This document shows positions 48,227 to 59,028 of a stretch of DNA of 64,000 nucleotides, in pieces. The DNA comes from a virus. The stretch spans positions 76,544-140,543 of the IMG/VR virus record IMGVR_UViG_3300047157_000105. One strand, given 5' to 3'. How positions within the stretch are numbered: position 1 is the first letter of the stretch; each line of letters opens with the position of its first letter. A program made the translations under genes and the position numbers. A model generated the notes under the pieces. That model was not told where the DNA came from and made no database searches. It was given only the letters and a program-made list of their open reading frames with translations.

Positions 48227-49159
48227 ATGGGTAAGGCAAGAAATTTATCGGTATTATTAGCAGCAGACGGGCAAGTCGAAGATGCTAAACTTGACGGACT
48301 GACATCTAGTAAATTATCTGGAGCTTTACCTGCAATCTCAGGTGCGAGTCTAACTAACTTACCTATTGTTTCAGCATTATCTGCAGGAACTGGTATAAGC
48401 ATAAGTGGTGGCGGTGAGATCTCAGTAAGTTCAGTGGCATTAACTACTGTACAGACTGCATCAAGCCAAAGTGCTCATCTTGCTCTAACAACACAAGAGG
48501 GTGACATTGTTGTAAGATCAGATGAGAATAAGTCGTATGTACGTAATAGTGGAACTGCTGGTACAATGGCAGACTTCACTTTACTTGCCACTCCGACAGA
48601 TGCTGTACTCAGTGTAAATGGCAACACAGGAGCAATCACAGCAGCTCAAATCGCGACAGCGGTTGAGGCAGCAACTGATTCTAATACATTTACCGATGCA
48701 GATCATAGTAAATTAAATGCTATTGCTGCAAGTGCAAATAACTATGTGCATCCTAACCATAGTGGTGAGGTTACATCTACAGCGGATGGAGCAACAGTTA
48801 TTGCAGACAATGTAGTAGATGAAGCGAATTTAAAAATATCAAATTCACCAACAAATGGATATGTGTTAACCGCCCAATCAGGAAATACAGGTGGTTTAAC
48901 ATGGGCGCAAGTAGATGCTTTACCATCACAGTCAAGTAATAGTGGTAAATTTTTAACAACAAATGGTACAGCGGCAAGCTGGGCAGTATTAGATACAGAT
49001 GCTAACTCAACATCAAAGGGGTTATACGAACACGCAAATACAATTAGTGCAAACTATGCTATAACATCCGGCAACAATGCATTAACCGCTGGACCGATTA
49101 GTATAAATAGTGGTATAACAGTTACTATTCCAAGTGGAAGTACATGGGTAATATCATAG
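48227..49159 (+). CDS. Tail fibre module protein
   Basis: LPAISGASLT, VLSVNGNTG, NNYVHP and C-terminal AGPI...W.I module. Confidence 0.65.
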   Translation: MGKARNLSVLLAADGQVEDAKLDGLTSSKLSGALPAISGASLTNLPIVSALSAGTGISISGGGEISVSSVALTTVQTASSQSAHLALTTQEGDIVVRSDENKSYVRNSGTAGTMADFTLLATPTDAVLSVNGNTGAITAAQIATAVEAATDSNTFTDADHSKLNAIAASANNYVHPNHSGEVTSTADGATVIADNVVDEANLKISNSPTNGYVLTAQSGNTGGLTWAQVDALPSQSSNSGKFLTTNGTAASWAVLDTDANSTSKGLYEHANTISANYAITSGNNALTAGPISINSGITVTIPSGSTWVIS

Positions 49160-49166
49160 GAGATAC

Positions 49167-50318
49167 ATGAGTAAAATAAAATTAACAGGACATGCATCGG
49201 GATCAGGAGTTTTAACAATTGCTGCACCCAATACTGACTCTGATAGAACGATAACATTACCTGATGTTACAGGTACTCTACTCGATAGTGGTAGTGACTT
49301 GCCTGCAGCTAACTTAACAGGTACAGTTGCTGATGCACGTATTAGTGCATTAACAGCAAGTAAATTGACAGGTGCTTTACCGGCAATTAGTGGTGCTAAT
49401 TTAACAGGTCTTCCTAATTCATTTTCTGGATTAACAGATACAACAGTGTCTACAAATGATCCAACTTCTAGTACTAATCCATCAGCAACTGGACATATTT
49501 GGATTAATAAAACATCAGGTGAATCTTATGTTTGTACAGATGCAACTTCTGGTGCTAATATTTGGATTAATATAGGTGGAGGAAGTGGAGATGTACGACC
49601 ATTCACAGCTACTGGTGGCACTATAACTACAGATGGAAATTTTAAAGTACACACATTTACTTCTTCTGGAAATTTTAATATTAGTGTTTTAGGAGCGTCT
49701 CCTGTAGTTGAGTATCTCATAGTTGCTGGTGGAGGTGCTGCTGGAGGTTCACAAGGTTATGGTTGGTCAGGTGGAGGCGGAGGCGCTGGTGGTTTATTAA
49801 CAGCAACTAATCATAGTGTATCAGCATCAAATTACACTATTACTGTTGGTGGTGGTGGTAGTGCTAACAACACTGGTAGTGGTGGTGATGGAGGTAATTC
49901 TTCTGCCTTCGGTCAAACAGCTATTGGCGGCGGTGGCGGCGGTCCTGGTAATTGGCCAGGCGGCGGAGGCAATGGTGGCAGCGGAGGCTCAGGTGGCGGA
50001 GGTGGTCAAGGAGCAACTGTTACATCTGGTGGTTCTGGTACTTCTGGCCAAGGAAATGCTGGTAGCGGTTCAAGAATAGCATCAGGTGGCGGCTATGCTC
50101 CTGGCGGCGGCGGTGGAGCTGGAGGCGCTGGTGGTTACAGTACTGGTGGTGCTGGTGCAGTTAATGATATTACAGGCTCTAATGTTACATATGCAGCTGG
50201 AGGTGCAGGAGCTACAAATGTTGCAGCAACAGCAAATACTGGTAATGGTGGAAATTCAAATGGTGCCAGCCCTCATGCTGGAGCATCAGGAGTAGTAATA
50301 GTGAGGTATCAATTATGA
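49167..50318 (+). CDS. Glycine-rich adhesin-like fibre protein
   Basis: ATGG...HTFTSSG...VEYLIVAGGG, poly-Gly loops and SGVVIVRY. Confidence 0.75.
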   Translation: MSKIKLTGHASGSGVLTIAAPNTDSDRTITLPDVTGTLLDSGSDLPAANLTGTVADARISALTASKLTGALPAISGANLTGLPNSFSGLTDTTVSTNDPTSSTNPSATGHIWINKTSGESYVCTDATSGANIWINIGGGSGDVRPFTATGGTITTDGNFKVHTFTSSGNFNISVLGASPVVEYLIVAGGGAAGGSQGYGWSGGGGGAGGLLTATNHSVSASNYTITVGGGGSANNTGSGGDGGNSSAFGQTAIGGGGGGPGNWPGGGGNGGSGGSGGGGGQGATVTSGGSGTSGQGNAGSGSRIASGGGYAPGGGGGAGGAGGYSTGGAGAVNDITGSNVTYAAGGAGATNVAATANTGNGGNSNGASPHAGASGVVIVRYQL

Positions 50319-50635
50319 GCCATTTTGCAAAAATTAATAGTGATAATGTTGTGGTTAAAGTAATAGCTGCAGAGTCAGAGTTTTTTGATACATTTATAGA
50401 TAGTAGCCCAGGAGAGTGGATTCAAACTTCATACACTGGGTCTATTAGAAAAAATTATGCGTTTATTGGTGGAACATACGATAAAACTCGTGATGCTTTT
50501 ATTCCACCTAAAACTTTTGCATCTTGGGTATTAGATGAATCTACTTGTCAATGGAAAGCACCAACAGATTATCCAGATGATGATAAAGATTACTATTGGG
50601 ATGAAGATACAACTAGCTGGAAGGAGATAACTTAA
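50315..50635 (+). CDS. Partner protein of the glycine-rich adhesin
   Basis: MSHFAKI...WIQTSY...RKNYA...YD..RDAFIPP...W.LDE.TC.W.AP; coupled by ATGA. Confidence 0.65.
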   Translation: MSHFAKINSDNVVVKVIAAESEFFDTFIDSSPGEWIQTSYTGSIRKNYAFIGGTYDKTRDAFIPPKTFASWVLDESTCQWKAPTDYPDDDKDYYWDEDTTSWKEIT

Positions 50636-51369
50636 TGAGTTCAATAGCAAGTAATTCAGAAGATCTAATACTAAATGCCGATGGCGGATCTTCTACAGTT
50701 AAATTTAAAATTGACGGTACTGAGAAAGCAAGTATCAGTTCTGCTGGTGCGTTTACTTCTACTACTATTGATGCAACCAAGCTGACAGGTAATCTTCCAG
50801 CTATCTCAGCTGCCAGTTTAACTAATATTCCAGCAGCTAATATTACAGGAACACTGCCAGCTATTAGTGGTGCTAGTCTTACTAACCTTCCAGAACAAGG
50901 AATTACTGAAGCTGATATGTGGAGAATGCACACACAAACAACTGGTGATTTAATACCTATAACATCTAACTTAGAAAGAGTTGATACAGATTCCTTTGAA
51001 AAAATAGGTACTGGTATGACACAATCAAGTGGAATATTTACTTTTCCATCAACAGGTAAATGGCTTATTCAGTTTCAAGCTGCGTATTATATGGACACAA
51101 GCAGCACTTCTCGTTATTGTAGGTCAAAAATTGAAGTAACAACGGATAATTCTAGTTATTCAGCTGCCTCTTTGTCAACTTGTTGGATGGAGTACATTGC
51201 TCCTCAAACAGATGCTAGTACCTTTTGTCAATGTATTTTTGATGTAACAAATGTGTCGACACATAAAGTTAAATTTCTTATGGATGTTTTTAATACAGCT
51301 ACAACTTGTTGGGGTGATACTAATTCAAATCATGTTGCTATGACATTTATTAAATTAGGAGATACTTAA
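50635..51369 (+). CDS. Tail fibre module protein
   Basis: LNADG N-terminal module, LPAIS repeats, GITEADMWR...SGIFTFPSTGKW head. Confidence 0.65.
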   Translation: MSSIASNSEDLILNADGGSSTVKFKIDGTEKASISSAGAFTSTTIDATKLTGNLPAISAASLTNIPAANITGTLPAISGASLTNLPEQGITEADMWRMHTQTTGDLIPITSNLERVDTDSFEKIGTGMTQSSGIFTFPSTGKWLIQFQAAYYMDTSSTSRYCRSKIEVTTDNSSYSAASLSTCWMEYIAPQTDASTFCQCIFDVTNVSTHKVKFLMDVFNTATTCWGDTNSNHVAMTFIKLGDT

Positions 51370-51677
51370 TGACTTATACTTTGGAAAATTATTTAGCAAA
51401 ATTACACAAAGGTCAATGGTTTGGCTGGAGTGATAGCAAAAATAAAATCTACGCTAACTTGATTATACACGATGATACAAAGTCTAAACCTTCTGAAGCT
51501 GAATGTAATGCTGGAGTAGCAGCACTACAAAAAGCATATGATGATGCAGCTTATCAAAGAAATAGAGTAGCCGAATACCCATCAATAGCAGACCAACTAG
51601 ATGACATATACCACAATGGTATTGATGCTTGGAAGGCTACGATTAAGACAACTAAAGACAAGTACCCAAAGGAATAA
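51369..51677 (+). CDS. Putative fibre assembly chaperone / partner
   Basis: YQRNR..EYPSIADQLD.IYH.G...W...I...KDKYPK. Confidence 0.6.
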   Translation: MTYTLENYLAKLHKGQWFGWSDSKNKIYANLIIHDDTKSKPSEAECNAGVAALQKAYDDAAYQRNRVAEYPSIADQLDDIYHNGIDAWKATIKTTKDKYPKE

Positions 51678-51680
51678 CAT

Positions 51681-53438
51681 ATGAGCACAATAAAATCAAG
51701 TAATGAACACTTAACTTTTAACGCTGATGGTACATCAAAGGAAATTCGTTTCCAAGCTAATGGTACTCAGAAGGCAAGTATAAGTTCAGCTGGTTTATTT
51801 ACTTCTACTACCATTGATGCTACTAAATTAACTGGTAATCTTCCAGCAATATCTGGTGCTAGCTTAACAGGATTACCTACATATCCAATAACAACAACAG
51901 CAGACTTCAATATTGGTGTTGGAGCTAACGCAGTAGACAGTATTACGACGGGCGATAACAATGTAGGTTTAGGTGATAATGCTTTAACTGCAAATACAAC
52001 AGGTGCTAATAACACAGCTACAGGTTATATATCACAAACTAACACAACTACAGGTTCAGATAATACTAGCTTTGGTTCTCATTCATTAAAAGAAAATACT
52101 ACAGGATACAACAACACAACTGTTGGTAAAGATTCTATGAAAGAAACTACCACGGGTAATAACAACACCGCAGTCGGTCACTCAGCTTTAAAAGCCAACA
52201 CTACAGGTATTGAAAATGTTGCGGTGGGTAGATTAGCATTAAATAAAAATACAACTGGTGATTGGAACACAGCAATTGGTAGAGCAGCACTAGAATTTGC
52301 TACTACAGCAGATTACAACACAGCGGTTGGTAGAAGTGCTTTAGTTGCTACTACAACTGGCGCTCAAAACACAGCAGTTGGTGCTTTATCACTAGATGCT
52401 AATACTACTGGTGCTGCTAATGTAGCTATGGGTGTTGGTGCATTAGGAGCAAATACTACCGCTTCTAATAATACAGCATTAGGCTACGCAGCTTTAAATA
52501 CTAGCACTACAGGCGCTCAAAACACAGCAGTTGGTTATACAGCTTTATTAAATACTACTACAGGTTCTAATAATGTTGCAGTTGGTTATCAAGCCTTAGA
52601 CGCAAATACAACAGGGGCGCAAAATATAGGAATAGGAGCTGGTGGTGCTTTAGGTGCTACTACTACAGGCACATATAATGTTGGTATTGGTTATTCTGCT
52701 TTAGCAGCTAATACAACTGGTCATAAAAATATAGCAGTAGGCGCCGATGCATTGACATCAAGTACAACAGCGGGATTAAATATTGCTATTGGACACCAAG
52801 CTGGAGCGCTTAACACTACAGGAGATATTAATACATATGTTGGTTATCAAGCTGGTTACAGTTGTACGACTGGTATAAGAAACACCCACGTTGGTTATAC
52901 TGCTGGTAGAGCTAATACTGCTGCTTATTGCACATCACTAGGTGCATTTGCTGGTGATGCTAATGTAGGAGGCAATCATTGTGTAGCAATTGGGCATAAC
53001 GCGCAATCACCTACAACAAGTGCTAACGGTGTTTTTACATTAGGCGATTCAAATATTCAAAATCTCAGATGTCAAGATACTTCCATATCTAGTTTATCTG
53101 ATTCAAGAGATAAGAAAAATATTACTGATATTCCATTAGGCTTATCTTTTATTAATACTGTTAGACCAGTTGCATTTGAATGGGATGCAAGATCAGATGA
53201 TGAAAGTCTTAATTTATTTGGGGGTATGGATACAAGTTTATCTGGTAGGAAATCATTCGGATTTATTGCACAAGAATTAAAAACAGCAGCGGATGCTACT
53301 GATTACAAAGACTATATGAGATTAGTAGGCGAAGATAATCCAAATAGATTAGAAGCAGACCCAATGAAAATGTTTCCAATTTTAGTCAAAGCAATACAAG
53401 AACTATCAGCAAAAGTTAAAGCCTTGGAGGAAGCGTAA
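51681..53438 (+). CDS. Fibre with 14-residue beta-roll repeats (YadA-head-like) and an S74-like chaperone
   Basis: More than 20 NTTG..NTAVG..AL repeats, then SDSRDKKNI...GFIAQEL...LVKAIQEL. Confidence 0.8.
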   Translation: MSTIKSSNEHLTFNADGTSKEIRFQANGTQKASISSAGLFTSTTIDATKLTGNLPAISGASLTGLPTYPITTTADFNIGVGANAVDSITTGDNNVGLGDNALTANTTGANNTATGYISQTNTTTGSDNTSFGSHSLKENTTGYNNTTVGKDSMKETTTGNNNTAVGHSALKANTTGIENVAVGRLALNKNTTGDWNTAIGRAALEFATTADYNTAVGRSALVATTTGAQNTAVGALSLDANTTGAANVAMGVGALGANTTASNNTALGYAALNTSTTGAQNTAVGYTALLNTTTGSNNVAVGYQALDANTTGAQNIGIGAGGALGATTTGTYNVGIGYSALAANTTGHKNIAVGADALTSSTTAGLNIAIGHQAGALNTTGDINTYVGYQAGYSCTTGIRNTHVGYTAGRANTAAYCTSLGAFAGDANVGGNHCVAIGHNAQSPTTSANGVFTLGDSNIQNLRCQDTSISSLSDSRDKKNITDIPLGLSFINTVRPVAFEWDARSDDESLNLFGGMDTSLSGRKSFGFIAQELKTAADATDYKDYMRLVGEDNPNRLEADPMKMFPILVKAIQELSAKVKALEEA

Positions 53439-53971
53439 TGGCATATATAGGTAACAGTCCGGCGAATGTAGGTAATTATCAATCACTTGATGATATATCT
53501 GGTAGCTTCAACGGATCAACAACAACATTTGCTTTAACTAGCGGTGGTACAGCGATGACTCCTGCAAAGTCATCTCAATTAGTTATAAATATATCAGGTG
53601 TTGTCCAGCAACCGGATGACTCTGGTACAAACGGATTTTTAGTAAACGCCACAAATATAGTATTCAGTTCGGCTCCACTTGCAACTGATACATTTTGGGG
53701 AGTCTACTTAGGGCAGAGTGTAGATATTGGTACACCTTCTAATGATACGGTAGATAGTGCTCATATAAAGACAGGTGCAATTACAGCTTCAAAGATTGCG
53801 GCTGGAGTTTTACCATCAACATTAGGAGCAAACGGAATAATAAGAACGAACGTGCAAACGATTAGTGAGAATATAACAATACCTAGTACTACAAACGGAA
53901 TGAGTGCTGGGCCAATCACTGTAGCAGACGGATATACGGTAACTGTTGCAGGTAATTGGACAGTCATTTAA
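53438..53971 (+). CDS. Fibre module gene (MAYIG N-terminus; AGPI...W.I C-terminal module)
   Basis: LDDIS..FNG.TTTF.L...GVVQ.P domain; C-terminal module nearly identical to that of 60982..61245. Confidence 0.65.
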   Translation: MAYIGNSPANVGNYQSLDDISGSFNGSTTTFALTSGGTAMTPAKSSQLVINISGVVQQPDDSGTNGFLVNATNIVFSSAPLATDTFWGVYLGQSVDIGTPSNDTVDSAHIKTGAITASKIAAGVLPSTLGANGIIRTNVQTISENITIPSTTNGMSAGPITVADGYTVTVAGNWTVI

Positions 53972-53988
53972 AACAGGAGATATAAAAC

Positions 53989-54573
53989 ATGGCAGCGAAA
54001 ATAAAAGTAGATCAGTTAGAATCCGTTGATGGTTCTACTAATCTAATATTAAATAACAGCGTTACGATGGCGTCTGGTAAGACATTGCCAGCTGCCAGTT
54101 TAACAGGAACAATAGCAGTTGCAAGAATTGCTGATGGTTCAATCACAGCAGCGAAACTCGCTGCAGACACAGCAACTCAAGCAGAACTTGATGCGGTAAG
54201 TACAGTGGCAAGTGCGGCACTACCTAAAGCGGGTGGTACAATGACAGGAACGCTTGCAGCAGCTAGTGTCACCGTAGCAGGTAATGCAGTAGGAACATTA
54301 ACTACAGACAATGATGGATCATTTAGTATGTCTGCTAGTAATAACTTTAAGTGTACACCATCAGGTAACTTTACTTTAACCTTTACAAACATTGTTGCAC
54401 AATCAGGAAACATACTACTTATTAATTCAGGTGGACATACAGTATCAGCACATGCTAACACTAAAGTCGATGCAAAGCTTTTATCGACTGTTTCAACAGC
54501 TGGTACATATTTACTAGCTTACTTTTCTGATGGCACAAATGTTTACATGACTAATTCGGCAGCTTATACATAG
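53989..54573 (+). CDS. Tail fibre module protein
   Basis: KIKVDQL N-terminus, ATQAELD and ALPKAGGTMTG. Confidence 0.65.
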   Translation: MAAKIKVDQLESVDGSTNLILNNSVTMASGKTLPAASLTGTIAVARIADGSITAAKLAADTATQAELDAVSTVASAALPKAGGTMTGTLAAASVTVAGNAVGTLTTDNDGSFSMSASNNFKCTPSGNFTLTFTNIVAQSGNILLINSGGHTVSAHANTKVDAKLLSTVSTAGTYLLAYFSDGTNVYMTNSAAYT

Positions 54574-54582
54574 GATCTTTAC

Positions 54583-57500
54583 ATGGCTTTAATTAATGCA
54601 ACAGCAATACCTAGCGCGGATGATTTTGAGATAGAGCAGAGTCTTAAGCTTAGTGAGTCTAAGACTTCTTATTTAACTAGAACTCCAACAACTGCAAGTA
54701 ATCGTAAAACTTGGACTTGGAGTGGTTGGGTCAAACGCGGTACGTTAGGTGTTGAACGGGCACTATGGGGAGTAGGAGAAAGTTCTAGTCAAGCAAATGT
54801 TGGATTTGGTTTATATTTCTTTACTGATGATTGTCTTAGATGCTGGGTTAATGGAGGCAATGCTTCTTTTAGAACTACAGCTAAATATAGAGACACTTCT
54901 GCTTGGTATCATGTTGTATTAAAATCATCAACTGTAAGTCCTTATTTTAATCTTTATGTTAATGGTGAAGAAATTACATCTTTTACTTACGATCAACGTA
55001 CTACTTATCCAGGAACAAATAATACTGAAATGAACCAAGCAAATACTGTTCATTATGTAGGCGGATGGAAAAACGGTAATTATTATGCATTAGCAGGTTA
55101 TTTAGCAGAAGTACATTTTATAGATGGTACTGCTTTAACTGCATCTGCATTTGGCGAAACAGGTGACTATGGTGAATGGAAACCTAAACAAGTTTCTGGC
55201 TTAACTTATGGTACTAATGGTTACTATTTGCCTTTTAAACAAGACTATACAGTAGAAGGTTTTAGTGCGGTTACTTATAGGGGTGATGGTGCTGACCAAT
55301 ATGTAGGTGGTGTTGGTTTTAGTCCTGATTTAACTTGGGTAAAATCACGCAGCACTACAGAACATAATGTTATATTTGATAGTATTAGAGGAAGCGCAGT
55401 ACATTTAATTCCTAACTTAACTGTTACTGACCAAAATGCCGCAGCTGATTCGGATAAAGGAATAACTTCTTTTGATACTGATGGTTTTAGTATGACAGGT
55501 CCACTTGCTAGAACAAATGGTTCAGGTACTAGTTATGTAGCTTGGAACTGGGATATGGGTGGAACTGCAAAAACAGTAACAGCAGCTAATGGTACTGTTC
55601 ATTCAACTACTCAGAAAAAAATGGGGAGTACTGGTATACGCTATGATGGTAATAACGAATTAAGCACCCCACACCATGATGATTTTACTTTTGGTACAAG
55701 TGACTTTACTATTGAAATGTGGTTTTATGTAGATAGTAGTTCACACGAAAAACCTTTAATGTCAAAAGGGTATTACACTCTTGGTGTAAATGGTGGCTGG
55801 ATGGCAAGGGTGGATGAATGGACATCAAGGCACTTAACCTTTAGTTATCATGATAGTAGAGGAAACGCCCAACAATATTTATCGGCAGCTAATGTTTTTA
55901 ATCGTAATGCTTGGAATCATATTGCGTTTGTAAGAAGATATGGTACAGACTTTAAAGCATATTTAAACGGAACTGCGGTAGCTGATACTCGTTCAGATGA
56001 TTTAGCAAATACAAATTTTTTAGCAAATAATAAAGATTTGATGATTGGTCACGAAACTACATATCAGTCTGGAAATAATGCTCACTTTTGGGGTTATTTA
56101 GATGAAATAAGAGTATCAAAAACAGCACGATATACTGCAAACTTTACACCATCAACAACTTATTTTGATGGGGATAGTAACACCGCGCTTTTAATTCATT
56201 CAAACAATGCCAATAATTATACTGTTTTTCCTGATTCTTCTTCTGTTGAATATAATTCAGATGGTTCTATTAATTCTTTTATACAAGCAAATCCTACTTA
56301 TGGACAGAGTATAGTTTCTTATGCTGGTAATGGTGGAGGCACAGTTGGACACGGATTATCTTCTGCTCCAGATATGCTTATTTGGAAACAAAGAGATGGT
56401 TCAGATGCTTGGATGGTTTGGCATAGTGGTTATGGTAATAATGGATTTCAACAATTAAATACTACAGCAGCAGCAGTTGGTGAGTACAGTTGGTTTATGG
56501 GAAGTACAGCACCAAGCAGTTCAATTGTTACTATGGGTAACGGTGGAACAGTTAACGAAAGTGGTAAAAATTATATAATGTATGCGTTCCACGATGTAAC
56601 TGGGTATAGTAAGTTTGGAACTTACGCTGGTAATGCTACTTCTGGAAACACAATAACGACTGGTTTTCCTGTTGCTTGGGTAATGATTAAACGCAAAGAT
56701 GGTATTAACAACTGGTCAATTATTGATAATACTAGAACTCCAACAGGAGTTTCTGGAAAAGCTTTATTAAGAGCAGATGAATCTGCTGTTGAGCAAAGTG
56801 GTGCTGAAACAGAAGTAGAATTTACTGCTACTGGATTTAAAATTAATAATACTCAAGGTGAATTAAACGGTTCTGGTAGAAATTACATCTACGCAGCTTT
56901 TGCTGACAAACGTGAATATGCTTATTGGTTAGATCAAAGTGGTAACAATAATGATTGGACAAGTGTTAACCTAACAGAGTCAGATATATCTGTTGATAGT
57001 CCAAGTAATAACTTTGCTACTTGGAATCCTTTATTTAGATATACAACAGCTGTAAATGATACTTATAGCGAAGGTAATTTAAAAGTAGAAGATAACGCAG
57101 GACATACTGTTGCAGTTGGAACTATTCCAATGACAAGCGGTAAATGGTATTGGGAAGTTTATTGTATAAGAACCTCATTTAGTGGTAGTGATGAATATGG
57201 AATGTTTGACCCTTCACTAAATATTCCTAGTAGCACAGGCTCAACTCCAGCTGATGTTGGAACTGGAGGTTATTTTTACTCTGGTAATGGATGGACAAAA
57301 GCAAATGGAAGTTATGTAGCTAATCCGGGCAGTCAAGACTCTGTTGGTGCAGGAGATATAATTGCTTTTGCTTATGATGTTTCGGCAGGAACACTTAAAA
57401 TCTATGTAAATAATGTTTTACAAAAAACTTTAACTGTTACAGCTCAAGAAAGTTATGTTCCAAGTGTTGCTAATTCTCACGGTTCTTATTCTGTAGATTA

Positions 57501-58989
57501 TGTTGGTAACTTTGGTCAAGATTCCTCATTCGCTGGTAACAAGACAGCACAAGGTAATCAAGATAGTAATGAGATAGGTGACTTTTATTATACTCCTCCT
57601 TCAGGCTTCTTAGCTTTATGTACAAAGAACTTGCCTGATGTAGATGTTAAACCTCAAGAGCATTTTAATACTGTGCTTTGGACAGGTAATGGTTCTACTA
57701 ATGCAATTTCAGTAGGTTTTAAACCTGACTTTGTATGGGGTAAAGACAGAGTTGGCACAGACCATCATCATCTTTTTGATATTATTCGTGGAACTAATCA
57801 AAGATTAATTTCAAATGCAACTTCGGCTGAAAATACAGAAAGTAATTGTTTAAATTCATTTGATACAAATGGTTTTACATTAGGAAATAATCCAGGTTTA
57901 AATGCTAATGGAGAAGCACACGTAGCTTGGAACTGGAAAGCAGCTACTCAATTAACAAAAACTTATACTGTTAAAGTTGTAAGTGATAGTGGCAATAAGT
58001 ATAGGTTTGATGACTTTGGATCTAGTGCTGTTGTTTTAGAATTATCTGAAGGCGGTACATATACTTTTGATCAATCTGATAGCAGTAACTCTGGACATCC
58101 TTTAAGATTTTCTTCAACATCAAATGGATCACATGGAGGCGGTAGTGAATATACTACTGGAGTCACAACTAATGGAACCCCTGGTAATTCAGGAGCATAT
58201 ACAAAAATTGTAGTTCCAGCAAGTGCACCAACTTTATATTATTATTGTACAGCACATTCTGGAATGGGTGGTCAAGCTAATACGCCAACGACTAATAGTT
58301 TTTCAAATTTTAGTGGAACTATTCAATCTAATGTATCTGCTAATGCAGATGCTGGGTTTAGTATTATTAATTATCAAGGAAATCAAACTGCGGGTGCTAC
58401 AGTAGGTCACGGTTTGTCTAAAGCACCTGAAATGCTAATTATTAAAAATAGAGATACTGCTGGTTACGGTTGGTTAGTTGGTCATGCCAGTAGGACATTT
58501 GAAAAGTATTCAGTATTAAATACAACTGGTGCAGAAGCAGACCAAACATCTATTTTTAACGATACCGCCCCAACATCAACTGTATTTTCTTTAGGATCAG
58601 ATACTTTTGGAAATAAAACAGGAGATGACCATATCTGTTATGCGTTTGCCTCTGTAGATGGCTACTCTAAGGTCGGTTCATATGTTGGAAATGGTAATGC
58701 TGATGGTACATTTGTTTATACAGGATTCAAACCGATGATGGTTATAAGCAAATATATTGGAGCTGAAAACTGGAATATTATTGATACTAAGAGAAGCACT
58801 TATAATGTGATGGAAGATTTATTAAAGCCAGATAATAATAATGCAGAAATTGATACGCAAATTGATATAGATTTTTTATCTAATGGCTTTAAACCAAGAA
58901 TTGCTTCAGGATTTTTAAATGGCAATGGACATACAATAATTTACATCGCATTTGCAGAAACACCTTTTAAATACAGTAATGCGAGATAA
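54583..58989 (+). CDS. Large multidomain adhesin (LamG x2, SPRY-like, repeated fibre domains, cupredoxin-like insert)
   Basis: TWTWSGWVKR...WYHVV LamG; second LamG FTIEMWFY...WNHIAFVR; SGKWYWEV SPRY; GF.PD..W.K.R repeats; LYYYCTAHSGMGG. Confidence 0.75.
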   Translation: MALINATAIPSADDFEIEQSLKLSESKTSYLTRTPTTASNRKTWTWSGWVKRGTLGVERALWGVGESSSQANVGFGLYFFTDDCLRCWVNGGNASFRTTAKYRDTSAWYHVVLKSSTVSPYFNLYVNGEEITSFTYDQRTTYPGTNNTEMNQANTVHYVGGWKNGNYYALAGYLAEVHFIDGTALTASAFGETGDYGEWKPKQVSGLTYGTNGYYLPFKQDYTVEGFSAVTYRGDGADQYVGGVGFSPDLTWVKSRSTTEHNVIFDSIRGSAVHLIPNLTVTDQNAAADSDKGITSFDTDGFSMTGPLARTNGSGTSYVAWNWDMGGTAKTVTAANGTVHSTTQKKMGSTGIRYDGNNELSTPHHDDFTFGTSDFTIEMWFYVDSSSHEKPLMSKGYYTLGVNGGWMARVDEWTSRHLTFSYHDSRGNAQQYLSAANVFNRNAWNHIAFVRRYGTDFKAYLNGTAVADTRSDDLANTNFLANNKDLMIGHETTYQSGNNAHFWGYLDEIRVSKTARYTANFTPSTTYFDGDSNTALLIHSNNANNYTVFPDSSSVEYNSDGSINSFIQANPTYGQSIVSYAGNGGGTVGHGLSSAPDMLIWKQRDGSDAWMVWHSGYGNNGFQQLNTTAAAVGEYSWFMGSTAPSSSIVTMGNGGTVNESGKNYIMYAFHDVTGYSKFGTYAGNATSGNTITTGFPVAWVMIKRKDGINNWSIIDNTRTPTGVSGKALLRADESAVEQSGAETEVEFTATGFKINNTQGELNGSGRNYIYAAFADKREYAYWLDQSGNNNDWTSVNLTESDISVDSPSNNFATWNPLFRYTTAVNDTYSEGNLKVEDNAGHTVAVGTIPMTSGKWYWEVYCIRTSFSGSDEYGMFDPSLNIPSSTGSTPADVGTGGYFYSGNGWTKANGSYVANPGSQDSVGAGDIIAFAYDVSAGTLKIYVNNVLQKTLTVTAQESYVPSVANSHGSYSVDYVGNFGQDSSFAGNKTAQGNQDSNEIGDFYYTPPSGFLALCTKNLPDVDVKPQEHFNTVLWTGNGSTNAISVGFKPDFVWGKDRVGTDHHHLFDIIRGTNQRLISNATSAENTESNCLNSFDTNGFTLGNNPGLNANGEAHVAWNWKAATQLTKTYTVKVVSDSGNKYRFDDFGSSAVVLELSEGGTYTFDQSDSSNSGHPLRFSSTSNGSHGGGSEYTTGVTTNGTPGNSGAYTKIVVPASAPTLYYYCTAHSGMGGQANTPTTNSFSNFSGTIQSNVSANADAGFSIINYQGNQTAGATVGHGLSKAPEMLIIKNRDTAGYGWLVGHASRTFEKYSVLNTTGAEADQTSIFNDTAPTSTVFSLGSDTFGNKTGDDHICYAFASVDGYSKVGSYVGNGNADGTFVYTGFKPMMVISKYIGAENWNIIDTKRSTYNVMEDLLKPDNNNAEIDTQIDIDFLSNGFKPRIASGFLNGNGHTIIYIAFAETPFKYSNAR

Positions 58990-59028
58990 TTTTTATATAA
59001 ATATAGTTAATAACAACAGGAGATAACA

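Noticed and set aside
51950-52960. CRISPR-like or tandem DNA array
   Set aside because: The 42-nt periodicity is degenerate and in frame, reflecting 14-aa protein repeats; there are no identical repeats with unique spacers.
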